A DNA stretch of 58,984 bases, counting the filler, from Sluysia triapertura (lineage: Eukaryota): the NCBI GenBank assembly GCA_046118255.1. It is 5 parts of 5 records of this genome, joined end to end, with 100 filler letters (N's around TTAATTAATTAA, not from the genome) between each part and the next. Parts side by side here need not be neighbours in the genome. Positions count along the whole stretch, not along the records: positions 47,818 to 58,984 come from JBJNIA010188000.1; 4 more parts are not named here. One strand, 5' to 3'. The notes under the pieces are model-generated. The model searched no databases. It was not told the DNA's origin and was given only the letters and a program-made list of their open reading frames with translations. The first letter of the stretch is position 1. The number at the start of each line of letters is the position of its first letter. Below are positions 56,384 to 58,984 of the stretch, piece by piece. The translations under genes and the position numbers were made by a program.

Positions 56384-56467
56384 TGTTAGATAGCTCAGTG
56401 GTCAGAGAATCGAACTGCACAGCTATGAAGCGAGAAATGCTGGGTTCGATTCCCGGTCAGTCTAACA
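56384..56467 (+). mobile_element. tRNA-Ala-like element copy D (diverged)
   Basis: tgttagatagctcagtggtcagagaatcgaactgcac...gggttcgattcccggtcagtctaaca: A box, B box, and both TGTTAGA/TCTAACA termini. Confidence 0.82.
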
Positions 56468-58909
56468 ATAATATTAGTAGAATGATCATAGTATATTAAT
56501 AATAATTTAATAATATAAATTGTTTTCAAGCCATTTTTAAACAAAATGAAAGTTCATTATTTCATGTAATCAGTAAATAAAAATATCTGGTCAAACACAT
56601 ACACAAAAATAAAAATATAATAACGAATAATATGTAAAATATTTAAAATCTATTCGTAAAATCATCATCATCGAGTTTGGCTGCTTATATTGAAAATGAT
56701 ACATTGTCACAAATAATGTTGCATAGTGAAAATGTTACTGAGTTGATTTCAATCATTCAAATCATAATTTAATAAAATTATGCATTTTCGAAAATTCGAA
56801 ACTTTATTTTTGAAAATACAATTTTTGAATTAAAATAAATAAAACTATTCTCAAAAAAATGAATGCAATTTAATCGATTGTCTATGTAAAGTAAATTTCA
56901 TTGCCTCGGTTTTCATTGTTACAGTTTTCTACTTTAAAATAAGTAAGTTACAATTACATTTTGTTAAACATATAAAATAAAATTATTTATAAACATTAAA
57001 AATTAATTTTCATCAATGTACACTCTTTTTAGATCGAATTTGGAGCTAATATTCAGATAACAATGAAGAACTCCAGTTAAATTTAAATAAAGAACTTATT
57101 CTTGTGACACGAGACCAGAACTATGTAGATAAATTGATTTATTTCGATCAGTATTATGTTTTTTTTCGTATCTGTTGTTCAATATTCGTAAAAGATAGTA
57201 GCGTAAATAATAATACATCTTAGAAATTAATAAGACACTAATAAGGTTTCAGATATTGCAATATTTTAATAAAAAATAATAACTTACTGACAACATCAGA
57301 TGAAACAAATCCAATAATAAATAGGTAGAACAACATATTCAAAAAAGTAAAATTCATAACACTTTCATCATATTTTGAACACTAAATCGATCCCTACGCG
57401 ATATCACCAGTCAACTATTTTGGAATTGTGAAATGTAATTACGAATATTCAAAAATAGTGTTGCAAAAAACGACTTCGAATAGAATAATCGAATTAACCA
57501 ATCAGACTTTAAATTTGTATTATTATTAATCAAAAAATGTTTCATACTACATTGTGATGTGTATTTAGCATAGTAAAATATAAACACATTTTAAACATAA
57601 TAATAATATTAATAATAATAATAATAAAAATAATAATAATAATAAAGATAGAATAATAATAATTATTATAATACATTAATTCTTTATAAATATTACTATT
57701 ATTATTAATGAACATATAAACGACAGAATTATAATAACAATTTTATACATTATTCGAGTTGTAATTTCTTGTTCTATATATGTACAAGAAAACATATTTA
57801 TTATTATGATTTTACAAACAACCTTGATCTAAATATTGAGTTCTACTTTTACTACTACTGCAATTACGAGTACTACAAATTTACATTATGACTATAATAT
57901 TTGTCATTCAGCAATTGTGTTCATGTAAACATATAACTATAATGTTTTGGTTTTGAATTTAATTTTAATTATACATGAAAATGAGATCGTATATTACTTA
58001 TAGTCATTACTTATAATAATGAATGAAAAAGCGAATATTTTCTGAAATATTTAAACAAAATTTTGCACCATTTTTAATTATTCTTACTTATTTTTAAAAT
58101 ATTTAATTAATTGTATAATATTTCTAAATTACAATTTATGTATATGTAAATTATTTTTTAAAACATTTTTTACCTCCGATGTATACTCTTTTTTACAATT
58201 AACGCTTATTGAAATAAAAACTTTTACTTATTACTATAGTAGCACCGTTCAACACTCATGAAACACATCAAGTACGAAATCTCTCCGGAAACGCACCTGG
58301 AAATGGCTCGTTTAACTAATACTTTTGGTAGTAGCCTTATAACAGTTTATAAATTTGTATATTACTTACGACTAATATCCTAAATTATTATTTTTGACTT
58401 CATTGAAGTAAAATTTAAAAAAAGTTTGTTTAAAATTTGTTTGTCCCCAAATAACTTTTAGTTATTTCATTTTGATTTGTTTGTTTACATTTTTTTGTGA
58501 TCGTTGAACATAGGAAGACGTTGATCAAATTAATAAAAATTACATTAGTCACACCTTTATGAAATTTTCGACGTTGCTATTATACGAGCATGTGTAACTT
58601 AAATAATAAAGGAAATATGGAAAGATAGTATAGGATTTAAGCGGACCAGAATGAAATATTTTTGCAAACTAACTCTCAGTCTCATAAAATTGATAATTCT
58701 ATGAAATTTTTTTAATTGTCGAACTTTCAATTTCATTTGGATCATCTAATGTATTTCTAATTTGGAAATTTTTATTAACTTGAGGTTCTTTAGAAACTTT
58801 AGTAGTGTTTTGTTTAGCGTGTTCAAATTGTAGAAAAAAAGGATAAAGTGTAGAAGCAGAGTATGGACGCTTAAGAGAGAAAAAAGATTGCATTTTGTAG
58901 AAATGCAAT

Positions 58910-58910
<1 letters not shown>

Positions 58911-58968
<58 letters not shown>
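58911..58968. repeat. (TAA)n microsatellite
   Basis: Direct reading. Confidence 0.95.
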
Positions 58969-58969
<1 letters not shown>

Positions 58970-58984
58970 TATTAATTTATATTG

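Overview
Very AT-rich animal DNA, most consistent with a triclad flatworm (inferred from composition, (ATT)n load and transposon mix). The window is not one locus. It is five ~12 kb scaffolds joined by artificial 100-bp spacers (44N-TTAATTAATTAA-44N) at 11415, 23290, 35223 and 47718. Host genes appear only as phase-compatible exon sets: an srGAP-like RhoGAP (+), an outer-arm axonemal dynein heavy chain (DNAH5/8-like, -), a probable PH-domain C-terminus (+) and a DDR-like discoidin domain (-). The rest is mostly decayed transposons: piggyBac and its MITEs, Tigger, mariner, Tc1/Tc3/rosa-like, hAT, Penelope-like and LINE ends. Top candidate: a ~100-bp dispersed element (4 copies) consisting of a tRNA-Ala-like cloverleaf (G3:U70, A73, TGC anticodon, own TTTT terminator) enclosed by TGTTAGAC...GTCTAACA inverted termini. 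It looks like a tRNA cassette moving as a MITE or solo LTR rather than as a SINE. One copy is cut by a NeSL/R2-type site-specific retrotransposon. Scaffold 2 also holds an inverted promoter+ORF duplication, a SWIM-finger ORF and a possible decayed bunya-like L-polymerase insertion (low confidence). All calls were made by eye; no searches were run.
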